A stretch of 56,759 nt of DNA from NCBI GenBank assembly GCA_001819985.1, contig MHOE01000006.1, positions 25,934 through 82,692 on the forward strand. Direction: 5' to 3'. A model generated the notes under the pieces. That model made no database searches, was not told the origin of the DNA, and was given only the letters and a program-made list of their open reading frames with translations. Both the position numbers and the translations under genes were made by a program. Source of the DNA: Candidatus Spechtbacteria bacterium RIFCSPHIGHO2_02_FULL_43_15b (GTDB taxonomy: Bacteria; Patescibacteriota; Minisyncoccia; Spechtbacterales; HO2-43-30). Shown piece by piece: positions 36,001 to 44,892 of this stretch. Numbering within the stretch: position 1 is the stretch's first letter; the number at the start of each line of letters is the position of its first letter.

Positions 36001-36624
36001 TCAAAATCCGTACACTTGGAGGATTATCCGGAAGCGGATAAAAAAAGCATTGATCCGGTCGTGGAAGAAGCGATGAAAAGCGCAAGAAAAATCGTGGAGA
36101 TGGCGCATGAATTGAGATCTAGAAACGGTATGAAAGTTCGCCAGACGCTTTCAGTGGTAGAAACAAACGCTGTAATACCGGAAAAATTAAGAGAAGTCGT
36201 AGCGGAGGAGATAAATGTTAAACGAGTAGTTTATAAAAGCAGTCCGCAAAAAGGGGGAAATTGGGCAGAAACATCAGAGGGCAATATTACGGTGTCTTTG
36301 AACATCGAGCTTACTCCGGAGCTTAAGAAAGAAGGTTTTATGAACGAGTTTACGCGAAGAATTCAAGAGCTTAGGAAGTCGGCAGGGCTAAAATCTCATC
36401 AGAAAATAAGTTTATATTATTCGGGAAGCGTGGATTTGAAAGATATAGTAAGTAAGCGGTATGATGATGTAAGGAGTCAAAATAACACAGCTTTTATTTT
36501 TGAATCAGGAGGCAAAAAAGAAGCGTTTAATGCGGAAGGAGAATTTGAATGGGAAGGGAAAAAAATATGGATAGGCATTAAGGTAAATAAAAAAGCAAGA
36601 TCTAAAGTTAAAGGCAAGAAATAG
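33013..36624 (+). CDS. ileS: Isoleucyl-tRNA synthetase (type 2) carrying an inserted histidine-phosphatase domain
   Basis: It has PPTANARPGIHHV, WTTTPWTL, KMSKSKGN and a strong Thermus-type IleRS pattern throughout. The ~200-aa insert at 34501-35112 carries RHGES...SHGD motifs. Confidence 0.95.
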   Translation: MDLIKQEKRILKFWKESEVFERSVKNRIKSQEFVFYEGPPTANARPGIHHVLSRSFKDVLLRYKTMRGYRVERRAGWDTHGLPVEIEVEKSLGLKNKKDVEKYGVSKFNEKCRESVWKYKAEWEYLTERIGFWLDMKNPYITYDPMYMESLWWIIKRAYDKGLLYEGHRVAPYCPRCGTSVSSHEVAQGYEDVVDKSVFVKFEIRLFDQWLGKNTGNSESGVNSKSKIKNSKTYLLAWTTTPWTLAGNVALAVGPDIVYVLAEGDGNERYILAKDRVEEVFKKNNPKIIREMKGKDLDGIEYEPVFDSLKNQKGKKYYVCLADFVTTKEGTGIVHTAVMYGEDDYNIGEKLGLPKVHTVDKEGKFNNLVPQWAGIFVKDAEKDIIADLKKRNFIFGDILPYKHSYPFCWRCKTPLLYYAMDSWFLMMSSLRDILIKSNDKVNWIPPHIKNGRFGEWLVELKDWNFSRNRYWGTPLPVWKCEKCSNIEVIGSRDDLYAQNFSTNAFFIMRHGESEKNNRPNPVLSTKWPETIKYHLTEKGKEDVVKSVRLIRNKGGVDLIFASDFTRTKETAEILAKELGAKLYFDKRIREIDLGTYDGRTEQDFKINFPDFAKRFEKCAPEGENYTKLRKRMFSFMHFVNKKYKNKRILIVSHGDPLVILQSALRGLTIKETAEEKSKNYIEVGEVRDAIFKHFPYGKRGELDLHRPYVDEVRFQCSKCKDELCDYMKRVEDLVDVWFDSGSMPFAQGYWPFCHGKTKRESVPEKFPADYICEGIDQTRGWFYTLFGVSALLGFGAPYKNVISLAHVLDKNGKKMSKSKGNTVDPQVIIDKYGADSLRWYFYTVNQPGDYKRFDERDIQKSYRKFISTLYNTYIFYATYKIKVPSSYKTRSTEYLDEWILSKLNKLIDEASKKLDSYDVTGAARSMESFVIDDLSNWYVRRSRKRFQNPNSEKEKKDAAYTLRHVLFEVSKLCAPFVPFLSEHIYLGLQSDANRQSSKSVHLEDYPEADKKSIDPVVEEAMKSARKIVEMAHELRSRNGMKVRQTLSVVETNAVIPEKLREVVAEEINVKRVVYKSSPQKGGNWAETSEGNITVSLNIELTPELKKEGFMNEFTRRIQELRKSAGLKSHQKISLYYSGSVDLKDIVSKRYDDVRSQNNTAFIFESGGKKEAFNAEGEFEWEGKKIWIGIKVNKKARSKVKGKK

Positions 36625-36687
36625 CAATAACGGTTTACAATTAATATGAAACTTCTGACTTTTATCTTATGGATTTTGAATTAAAAT

Positions 36688-37149
36688 ATGGCGACTAAAA
36701 TAACAAAAGAAGAGCGCGATAAACTTAGCGTGGAACTTGAAAAGCTAAAAAAGAAAGATCGCCCGCAGGTTGCTAGGGATCTAAAAGAGGCGATATCTCA
36801 AGGGGATCTGTCCGAAAACGCGGCATACTCTGAAGCCAAGGAAAGGCAGTCCGAAATTGAGACGCGGGTAAGGGAGATTGAGCAGAAGCTAGCTAACGCG
36901 GAAATCATAGAAGAAGGCGAGGGGTCGGACGGCATCGAAGTCGGGTCATTATTTAAGGTTATCGATGAGGACACTAAGCAGGAGCGGAGCTTTTCTATAG
37001 TAGGCCCTGAAGTGTCTTCGCCTAGCGATGGAAAAGTTTCTTTCGATTCTCCCATAGGTAGCGCCTTTTTAGGCCGAAAAGAGGGTGATCTGGTGGAAGT
37101 GACAACGCCCGGAGGAAAAAGAAAGTACAGGGTATTAAAAGTTAAGTAA
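36688..37149 (+). CDS. greA: Transcription elongation factor GreA
   Basis: It has the coiled-coil N-domain with DLSENAAYSEAKERQ and the C-terminal globular domain ...GGKRKYRVLKV. Confidence 0.9.
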   Translation: MATKITKEERDKLSVELEKLKKKDRPQVARDLKEAISQGDLSENAAYSEAKERQSEIETRVREIEQKLANAEIIEEGEGSDGIEVGSLFKVIDEDTKQERSFSIVGPEVSSPSDGKVSFDSPIGSAFLGRKEGDLVEVTTPGGKRKYRVLKVK

Positions 37150-37178
37150 GCTTTTAGGAATTTCGCGAATCGAAAAGT

Positions 37179-37868
37179 ATGCATTCAACTCAAGGTATAA
37201 TATTGAAAATCCATAATTTTCGCGAACACGATGAACGCGTGATTCTATACACAAAGGATGCGGGCAAGCTTTCGGTAGTGGCCAAAGGCGCCAAAAAAAT
37301 AGAGGCCAAGCTTAGGGGGAATCTTGACTTGTTTAACTTAGTGGATGTAAGTTTTGTGCCCGGGGTAAATTTCAATATCCTTACAAGCGTTGATTTAACT
37401 AAAAAATTTTTATCAATAGGATCAAATGTCGACACATATAAAAGCGCGCTGTCAATGAGTTATATCACGGATAACATTTTTGACGAGAACGCGAAGGACG
37501 AAGAATTTTTCGATATGCTTAAATATTCGATGGAGAAACTTAATGAATACGGCAAAGAATCGGAATATTTAGCCAGTTTGTATTCCTGGCTTTTGCTTAA
37601 AAAATTCCAGATGAAAATTTTAGAAACAGAGGGGTACGAAGACAATTTGTTTACCGGACACGCTCGCGCAAATCTCGGGGAAGAACTGGCCGGCAAATTC
37701 AAATTATCAGGTAATTCGCTCCTTCTTATGGATATGCTTAGAGGCAAAACGGTTAAAAGCGTGACATTATCAAAAAACGATATGCGTAATATAGAAAATA
37801 TTTTTACCCGTCTATTCGCGTATATATTCAGCTGTAAATTAAATCCATGGATGCCAATAATGAATTAG
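37179..37868 (+). CDS. recO: DNA repair protein RecO
   Basis: It has the N-terminal OB fold GIILKIHNFREHDERVILYTKDAGKLSVVAKGAKK and a helical C-terminal region. Confidence 0.8.
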   Translation: MHSTQGIILKIHNFREHDERVILYTKDAGKLSVVAKGAKKIEAKLRGNLDLFNLVDVSFVPGVNFNILTSVDLTKKFLSIGSNVDTYKSALSMSYITDNIFDENAKDEEFFDMLKYSMEKLNEYGKESEYLASLYSWLLLKKFQMKILETEGYEDNLFTGHARANLGEELAGKFKLSGNSLLLMDMLRGKTVKSVTLSKNDMRNIENIFTRLFAYIFSCKLNPWMPIMN

Positions 37869-39658
37869 AGAAGAGTTTAGAAAACGACACTACAAATCAA
37901 ATCATGGAGGGTCCTAGAGATGAGGGCGAAAGAAAAAATATTATTGACCGGGTTTTTTCATGGAAAATTTTATCCGCCGTTATGGTTATTTTTGCGGGAA
38001 TCATCGGGTATCTTATTCTCGAACGGGCAAATTTTTCTTCAGCTAAAGTAGATATACTGGTTGAGGGCCCCGAACAGTTCAAGGCTCAAGAAAGAACGGA
38101 ATTTAAGATCGGTTTCGTTAATAATTCTGAAGCAGAATTAGATAAGGGAATTTTGTATGTAACCGTTCCGGAATTTTTAGAAGTCGAAGGGAATGACGGA
38201 GTGGAGTCAAAGTTCGAATTTTCAAATGTAGGTAGCAAAGAAAAATTTTTTGAATCTCTAAGCGTCGTATCAAAAGAAAGCAATGTCGATGGAGCTATTA
38301 AAGTGCGGGTTGAATATACGCCGTCAAACCTAAATAAAATTTTTTCAAATGAAAAACAAGTTAATTTCAAGGTTGAATCTCTGCCCCTCACGGTTATTTT
38401 TACTATGCCGGATAAAGTAGTAAATGGGCAGGTTTTGGAGGGGTCTTTTGATTTTGTCGCGGATAAAAATCTGGATGGAGGCGAAGTGTACGCGAAACTC
38501 GAATTACCGGAAGGGTTTGTACTTGAAGATTCGGAGCCGCGCCCATCAGACGACGGGGTATGGAAATTTGAAGGCGTAAATCCGCAGGATAATTACCGGG
38601 TGGATTTCGAAGGCAGTATAAGGGGGAAAGAAGGGGAGATAAAAAACTTTAAATTAATGTTCGGAAAGTTGGACGACTCTGGCGCATTCGCGTCGCAATA
38701 CGAAATATCCAAGTCGGTGAGTATGTCTTCTTCCCCGCTAAGATTTGATGTGAAAATCAACGGAAGAGACGGCGACTATTCGGTATCGCCCGGAGACAAG
38801 CTAAGAATTGCAGTATCTTATGAGAATAAAAGCGGAGTGGACATAGAGGATTTAAGTATTAGGGGGCAGTTCATAGGCGACATATTTGATTTCGGGACGC
38901 TAAGCGAGGGCGTCGGGTACTTCAACGAGAATAATAAAACAGTTTTATGGAATCAAAATTTTTTGCCAGACCTCGCAGAGTTGAAAGACGGCGAGATGGG
39001 TTCTATAGATTTGTCGGTATCTATCACGAATAGGATTTTACCCAAAAATTCAAAAGATAAAAACAAATCAGGAGCCGTAGTTTTTATTATGGAGTCGGGA
39101 AAAGCCCCCCTTTCCCTAAGGGGATTGTCGGTAATGTCTGAAAGCGAAATCAAGATGAAGTTAAATAGCGTACTTGAAATATCGAGTAAGGGGTATTACT
39201 ATGAAGGTCCGATGACTAATTCTGGCCCGGTGCCTCCAGTATTGGGGGACAAGACCACATATACCATAACATGGCTGGTCACCAACACTACAAACGACAT
39301 TAACGAAGTTCAAGTTGTGGCGGCATTGTCGAGCGATATAAAATTTGAAAATAAAGCGTATCCAGCGGGAGCCGTTTTGGATTACGATGCGTCAACGCAT
39401 ACTATCGTATGGAGTATAGGCAGTTTAGCCGCTGGAGTCGGAACGATTTTTCCGGCAGAATCAGCTTCTTTTCAGATATCGTTGACGCCCGATCGGGATG
39501 CTGTGGGGAAAACAGTCGAACTTATGGAAGGCGTAAAAGTGATAGGTCTAGACGGATTTACGGGAGAATTTCTTGAAGGATTTTCGGACTATGTAGATAC
39601 CGCGTTGTCAGATGATTTCGGTGTAGGCGAAGGAGACGGAGTGGTGCGGGGCAATTAA
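37847..39658 (+). CDS. Hypothetical membrane-anchored protein with repeated beta-sandwich-like segments
   Basis: It has an N-terminal cytoplasmic tail and one TM helix (ILSAVMVIFAGIIGYLIL). A long beta-rich ectodomain with repeated V/E/G/S-rich modules follows. It overlaps the recO end by 22 nt. Confidence 0.45.
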   Translation: MDANNELEKSLENDTTNQIMEGPRDEGERKNIIDRVFSWKILSAVMVIFAGIIGYLILERANFSSAKVDILVEGPEQFKAQERTEFKIGFVNNSEAELDKGILYVTVPEFLEVEGNDGVESKFEFSNVGSKEKFFESLSVVSKESNVDGAIKVRVEYTPSNLNKIFSNEKQVNFKVESLPLTVIFTMPDKVVNGQVLEGSFDFVADKNLDGGEVYAKLELPEGFVLEDSEPRPSDDGVWKFEGVNPQDNYRVDFEGSIRGKEGEIKNFKLMFGKLDDSGAFASQYEISKSVSMSSSPLRFDVKINGRDGDYSVSPGDKLRIAVSYENKSGVDIEDLSIRGQFIGDIFDFGTLSEGVGYFNENNKTVLWNQNFLPDLAELKDGEMGSIDLSVSITNRILPKNSKDKNKSGAVVFIMESGKAPLSLRGLSVMSESEIKMKLNSVLEISSKGYYYEGPMTNSGPVPPVLGDKTTYTITWLVTNTTNDINEVQVVAALSSDIKFENKAYPAGAVLDYDASTHTIVWSIGSLAAGVGTIFPAESASFQISLTPDRDAVGKTVELMEGVKVIGLDGFTGEFLEGFSDYVDTALSDDFGVGEGDGVVRGN

Positions 39659-39695
39659 AAATCATAAGAAAAAATTTGAAACTTACAGTGCGAAG

Positions 39696-39722
39696 CGCGT
39701 AAACTCAAGCAAAGTTTACGCG
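39696..39722 (+). other. Perfect 10-bp stem hairpin in the glyQS upstream region
   Basis: CGCGTAAACT (39696-39705) pairs with AGTTTACGCG (39713-39722) across the loop caagcaa. No U-tract follows. Confidence 0.4.
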
Positions 39723-39767
39723 AGCGCGAAGTATTGAAATACGCAATTTTTAATATTTAGATTTTTT

Positions 39768-41117
39768 ATGTCATCAGATAACTTAGACGCGATTTTATCA
39801 CTAGCAAAACGCCGAGGATTTATATTTCCGTCATCTTCTATTTACGGCGGATTTTCCAGTGTTTACGACTACGGTCCCTTGGGGGCGGAACTTAAAAATA
39901 ACATAAAAAAAGAATGGTGGAGGCGCGTTGTTCAGACGAATGAAGATATTGTCGGAGTGGACTCCGCGATATTAATGTCTCCAAAAGTTTGGGAAGCGTC
40001 GGGGCATTTGTCTGCGGGATTTGCGGATCCGTTGGTTGAATGCAAGAAGTGTCATGAGAGATTTCGTTCGGATAAAAGCAGGGAAGAAGGTGGGGCTATG
40101 GGAGAGAAGGAATGTCCGAAATGCAAAGGCGAGCTTACGGAATCCAGAAAGTTTAACTTAATGATGAAAACATTTGTTGGCCCGGTGGAAGACGACAGCG
40201 CGGCGGCTTATCTTAGAGCGGAAACCGCTCAAGGAATCTTTATGAATTACAAGAATGTCTTGGACACTTCGCGGGTTAAAGTGCCTTTCGGAATAGCTCA
40301 AATCGGCAAGGCGTTTAGAAATGAAATAACTCCCGGAAATTTTATCTTCAGGACTCGCGAATTCGAGCAAATGGAGCTTGAATATTTCGTAAAACCGGAG
40401 AAAGCAGAACAAGTTTTTGAATACTGGAAGAAGGAAAGGATGAAGTGGTATTTGGATATGGGGCTTAAAGAAGAGAATTTAAGGTTTAGAGATCATGAAA
40501 AAACAGAACTCGCTCATTACGCAAGAAGCGCTACGGATATCGAATACAAATTTCCATTCGGATGGAAAGAGATAGAAGGGATACACGACAGGGGGGATTG
40601 GGATCTTTCCAATCACGCTAAGCACAGCGGCGAAGAATTAAAATATAGAGATCCGGATACGGGAGAGGAATATTATCCTTATGTTATAGAAACTTCTGCG
40701 GGAGCGGACAGAAGCGTTTTGGTATTTTTAGCCGATTCACTCGAGAGGGTTTCGGGTGGTAGGACTATGACTACGGAATCATCCAGGGACGAAGAGATAG
40801 TTTTGAATATCGCGGCAAATTTGGCTCCTATAAAAGTGGCAATTTTGCCGCTGGTAAAAAACAAGCTGGAAATAACAAGTAAAGCGAGGAATATATTTGA
40901 GGCGCTGAAAAACAATTTTATGGCGCGCTATGACGAGCAGGGGTCTATCGGTAGAAGGTATAGGAGACAAGACGAGATAGGAACCCCATACTGCGTAACA
41001 GTTGACTTCGACAGTTTATCGGATAATACCGTTACTTTGCGTGACAGAAAAACAATGACGCAGGAGAGGATTGCCTCGGACGATATCCCAAAGTATTTAC
41101 TTTGTAAATTATACTAA
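39768..41117 (+). CDS. glyQS: Glycyl-tRNA synthetase (homodimeric class II type)
   Basis: The motif 2 region is FRNEITPGNFIFRTREFEQME and the motif 3 region is ETSAGADRS. A C-terminal anticodon-binding domain is present. Confidence 0.9.
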   Translation: MSSDNLDAILSLAKRRGFIFPSSSIYGGFSSVYDYGPLGAELKNNIKKEWWRRVVQTNEDIVGVDSAILMSPKVWEASGHLSAGFADPLVECKKCHERFRSDKSREEGGAMGEKECPKCKGELTESRKFNLMMKTFVGPVEDDSAAAYLRAETAQGIFMNYKNVLDTSRVKVPFGIAQIGKAFRNEITPGNFIFRTREFEQMELEYFVKPEKAEQVFEYWKKERMKWYLDMGLKEENLRFRDHEKTELAHYARSATDIEYKFPFGWKEIEGIHDRGDWDLSNHAKHSGEELKYRDPDTGEEYYPYVIETSAGADRSVLVFLADSLERVSGGRTMTTESSRDEEIVLNIAANLAPIKVAILPLVKNKLEITSKARNIFEALKNNFMARYDEQGSIGRRYRRQDEIGTPYCVTVDFDSLSDNTVTLRDRKTMTQERIASDDIPKYLLCKLY

Positions 41118-41267
41118 TCTAATAAGCAAGAGTATTCTCTAGATGCCGACACCTCAAGTATTGGGCGTATTTAGGTATTGGATTAAAGGCGTATGCGTGT
41201 GCGCTTTCCTCTTGATTTTTATGATATTTATGTTATTATTTTCACATTGCGCTTTAAGGAGATGCTA

Positions 41268-41915
41268 ATGGATAAGTTTTGGAGGAAAATTGGCCGGGGA
41301 TATCCAGGGGAATCCCTAGGAGTTTTAGTTTTCGTGATGGTCGGAGGAGGAGCGGCGATTCACGCGGATAATTTAGGTCCGGTTGGCGTTTCGCTTGCTC
41401 ACGGGTTATCGCTGGCTTTTATGATCTGGGCTACGGGCGGCGGTCACTTAAATCCCGCTGTTACTCTAGGAATATTTTTTAGACACAAAATAAGCGCCAT
41501 TAAAGCTATAAGTTACATAGCGTGTCAGCTTGTAGGCGCAATATTGGGAGCTGGATTTCTTCGAGTGTTATACCCCATTTCTTTCAGCTCGGCTACACCC
41601 GCGCTTGGACCTGGCGTCAATGTCATATTGGGAATGGTCCTCGAAAGTATTTTTACGGGAGTTCTTGTTTGGGTTGTATTGGTAACAGCCGTTGATAGAA
41701 AAATCAAATGGGCGCCCCTTATGATCGGGCTAACCGTAGCGGGCGTGGCTATTGTTTTAGGTTCTTCTACGGGAGCGTCAATAAATCTGGCGCGGTGGTT
41801 TGGGCCGGCGATAATGTCAGGATCAACGGCAAATCACTGGGCGTATTGGCTGTCGCCTTTTGCAGGAGCATTTGCGGGATTTGCTTTGAGTAAGCTCAAA
41901 GTAAGCGGTAAATAA
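41268..41915 (+). CDS. MIP-family channel (aquaporin/glycerol facilitator-like)
   Basis: The first NPA box is HLNPAVTLG. The second box reads SINLARWFGPA (NLA). There are six hydrophobic segments. The start is set at MDKFW, with AAGGAG 6 nt upstream. Confidence 0.8.
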   Translation: MDKFWRKIGRGYPGESLGVLVFVMVGGGAAIHADNLGPVGVSLAHGLSLAFMIWATGGGHLNPAVTLGIFFRHKISAIKAISYIACQLVGAILGAGFLRVLYPISFSSATPALGPGVNVILGMVLESIFTGVLVWVVLVTAVDRKIKWAPLMIGLTVAGVAIVLGSSTGASINLARWFGPAIMSGSTANHWAYWLSPFAGAFAGFALSKLKVSGK

Positions 41916-41931
41916 GACCAATTCAGCGAAT

Positions 41932-41965
41932 AAAGACCCCTAATATTAAAGGGGTCTTTTAATTT
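41932..41965 (+). terminator. Rho-independent terminator
   Basis: The 10-bp stem AAAGACCCCT/AGGGGTCTTT encloses an 8-nt loop and is followed by TTAATTT. Confidence 0.7.
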
Positions 41966-42014
41966 AAGCTATTTTTGCTATAATTACACAAAAGCGGATA
42001 AGGCATTTAGAATA

Positions 42015-43295
42015 ATGGAAACTATATCTTATTTAAAATCAACGCTAAAAAACGGGGCAAAACTTATAGTGGCTCCAATGAAAAACACTCGAGCTGTTAC
42101 AGTTCTTGTTTTGGTTCGCACAGGTTCTAAGTATGAGACAAGAAATACAAATGGGGTTTCACATTTTCTTGAGCATATGTTTTTCAAGGGTACTGAAAAG
42201 CGCCCGAGGGCTGTGGATATAAGTTCTCTTCTGGATGGAGTCGGGGGAGAATTCAACGCTTTTACCTCCGAAGAGTTTACGGGTTATTATGTCAAAGTGG
42301 CAACTTCTCACTTTGAGCTCGCATTGGATGTGGTATCGGATATACTTCTCCATTCGAAGTTTGATCCAAAAGAGGTGGACAGGGAAAGAGGGGTTATAAT
42401 AGAAGAAATAAACATGAACAACGACAACCCAATGAGAAAGGTGTCCGAATTGTGGGGGGAGGCATTATACGGGGATCAGCCGGCTGGATGGCCGATAGCT
42501 GGAACCAAGAAAACAATGGGCGGCATAACCCGCGATGATATATTTGGATATTTCAGCAGGCAATATGTTGGGGAGAGTATTGTTATAACTATAGCTGGGA
42601 ATACAAATGATGCCGATGTGCGAAAAGAAATAGACAAATATTTTTCCAAACTAAAAAAGGGAAGTCCCAAGGATAAGGAAAAAGTTGTCGAAATGCAAAA
42701 AGAGCCCAAAGTCCTCATTTATACGAAAAACACCGACCAAACCCACATAGTTTTGGGAGCTAGACTTTTTGGCACATTCGACAAGAGAAAATACGTCGCA
42801 GAAGTGATGGCTACAATCCTTGGAGGCGGGATGAGTTCCCGTATGTTCATAAGCGTCAGGGAAAGAAAGGGGCTCGTTTATTACATTTCCAGTATGTCGG
42901 ATTTCGACACGGATAGCGGGTCGCTTTTCACCCGCGCGGGAATAGATAATAAGAAAGTTGAACTTGCGGTAAGGACGATAATATCGGAATATGGGAAATT
43001 GAAGACGACAAAGATTTCAGAGAAAGAATTGAACAAAGCGAAAAATTATCTTAGGGGTAAGACATATCTGGGGCTTGAAGCATCCGATGATGTGGCGGAA
43101 TTTTTGGGAGGGCAGGAAGTGATAGAGGGAAATGTGCTTTCGCCGGAAGATATCCTGGATAAAATCGACAAAGTTACGGCAGGTGAAATACAGGAACTGG
43201 CGCGAGAGGTATTTTTGCCGGAAAATATGAATCTTGCCATAGTTGGCCCGTTTGAGAATAAAGAGAAGTTTGAAAAATTGTTAAGTAATATTTAA
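42015..43295 (+). CDS. M16-family (pitrilysin-like) zinc peptidase
   Basis: It has the inverted zinc motif HFLEHMFFKGT (HxxEH) and a two-domain length of 426 aa. Confidence 0.85.
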   Translation: METISYLKSTLKNGAKLIVAPMKNTRAVTVLVLVRTGSKYETRNTNGVSHFLEHMFFKGTEKRPRAVDISSLLDGVGGEFNAFTSEEFTGYYVKVATSHFELALDVVSDILLHSKFDPKEVDRERGVIIEEINMNNDNPMRKVSELWGEALYGDQPAGWPIAGTKKTMGGITRDDIFGYFSRQYVGESIVITIAGNTNDADVRKEIDKYFSKLKKGSPKDKEKVVEMQKEPKVLIYTKNTDQTHIVLGARLFGTFDKRKYVAEVMATILGGGMSSRMFISVRERKGLVYYISSMSDFDTDSGSLFTRAGIDNKKVELAVRTIISEYGKLKTTKISEKELNKAKNYLRGKTYLGLEASDDVAEFLGGQEVIEGNVLSPEDILDKIDKVTAGEIQELAREVFLPENMNLAIVGPFENKEKFEKLLSNI

Positions 43296-43348
43296 GCCAG
43301 TCGGCATAGGATAAGAAATGTGCCGGCTAGCTTGTCTTAATTTTATCA

Positions 43349-44362
43349 ATGCCCAATCAAGTTCTTGAAATATCAACATCCAGCATATTAAGGGTTTTTG
43401 TGGTTTTGCTTGGAATAGCTTTCGTATTTTCGGTTTGGCAGATCATAGCTAGCGTTTTTTTGGCGGTGGTAATAGCGTCTGGCGTAGAACCCGCGGTAAA
43501 CGCTTTATCCAAAGCGAAAATTCCCCGGCTTTTGGCCGCGATTATTATTTATGTCGCAGGTTTTTTGATTTTAGCTTCGGTTTTTTCAACGGTGTTGCCG
43601 GTTCTTATAAGTGAAACAAGGCAACTGTCCGTAGAGTTTCCTTCGATATATGATGATTTTGTGGGCGGAGTAGAAAATTTCTTAGGACTATCCGCGGAGG
43701 ATGAAACCACAAAAAAACAGATCGAGAAAATATTAGCAGGCGCGCAGAAAACCCTTTCAGAAAATGCTTCAAATATATTCACTTTTACATTCAACATATT
43801 TGGCGGAATCCTATCTTTTATGCTTGTTGTGGTCATATCCTTTTATTTAGTCATTCAGAAAGACGGAATTGAAAACTTTTTGAAATCTATAATTCCGGGA
43901 GGGCACCATGAATACGCGCTAAATTTATGGCACAGAGTAGAAAAACGGCTCGGCAGATGGTTTCAATACCAGATGCTGATGGGTGTTTCAGTCGGGTTTA
44001 TTTTTTTCATCGCGCTTTGGCTTATGGGAGTTGAATATGCCTTGACGCTTGCGTTAGTGGCGGGAGTTTTTGAGGTAATACCTATGATCGGGCCGATAAT
44101 AGTCGGCATGATATCTTTTACGCTTACATCCTTTCAATCTTTTATGCTGGCTTTGGGAGTGGTAGCGGTCTATATTTTAATAGAGCAGATTCAACAGCAG
44201 TTTCTTATGCCTTCAATAATGTCAAAGGCGATAGGATTAAACCCTATAATTATAATAGTAACCTTGCTTGTAGCGGCAAACCTTATAGGATTTTGGGGAA
44301 TTGTATTAGCTATACCTTTCGCGGTGGTATTATCCGAGTTCGCAAAAGATTTCAAGAGATAG
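43349..44362 (+). CDS. AI-2E family transporter (PerM/UPF0118)
   Basis: It is a polytopic membrane protein with the conserved ...FEVIPMIGPIIV... segment and the family-typical length. Confidence 0.7.
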   Translation: MPNQVLEISTSSILRVFVVLLGIAFVFSVWQIIASVFLAVVIASGVEPAVNALSKAKIPRLLAAIIIYVAGFLILASVFSTVLPVLISETRQLSVEFPSIYDDFVGGVENFLGLSAEDETTKKQIEKILAGAQKTLSENASNIFTFTFNIFGGILSFMLVVVISFYLVIQKDGIENFLKSIIPGGHHEYALNLWHRVEKRLGRWFQYQMLMGVSVGFIFFIALWLMGVEYALTLALVAGVFEVIPMIGPIIVGMISFTLTSFQSFMLALGVVAVYILIEQIQQQFLMPSIMSKAIGLNPIIIIVTLLVAANLIGFWGIVLAIPFAVVLSEFAKDFKR

Positions 44363-44368
44363 CTTTAA

Positions 44369-44848
44369 TCAAAACACTATAAAATACAAAGCGACTGCCG
44401 AAGCGACTATTTGCGACGCAATCCCGACTCTTAAGGCGGGGCGGTGTTTACCTTTCGGGAAGTGTATTTTTCTATGGATATCGAAAACGGTTTTCAAGAT
44501 TTTGTTTCCGGGCATTAAGAAATAAACCGCGCTTAATCCATCGGGCAATATTCCTAGAAATCCTCCTAGAGCCAATATTGAAAAGTCAGGTTGGCCTTCG
44601 CCGATAATAGCCGATGTTATAAGTATCAGACATCCGGCGAATATGTCTAACAGCACGATGCGGAGTGTCGGAGTCGATTTTTTTAGATTTGTTATTTTGG
44701 CATTCCGTAACGATTCTATTGAATACTCCGAGTGAGGTATCCTATCAAGGGCGAAGTGCGATAAAAAAGCCAAAAACAGTCCGGCTATCGGATTTGATAT
44801 ATTCGCGGCTATAGCCGCGCCTACAAGTATGTGCGGAGCTAATGTCAT
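44369..44848 (-). CDS. DUF457/YdjM-like membrane-bound metal-dependent hydrolase
   Basis: It has the N-terminal HILVG, SHFALDRIPH, and four hydrophobic segments. Confidence 0.45.
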   Translation of the reverse strand: MTLAPHILVGAAIAANISNPIAGLFLAFLSHFALDRIPHSEYSIESLRNAKITNLKKSTPTLRIVLLDIFAGCLILITSAIIGEGQPDFSILALGGFLGILPDGLSAVYFLMPGNKILKTVFDIHRKIHFPKGKHRPALRVGIASQIVASAVALYFIVF

Positions 44849-44892
44849 AAAGATTTACAACGGTTATTATAGCATCTCGCGGATAAAAATAT

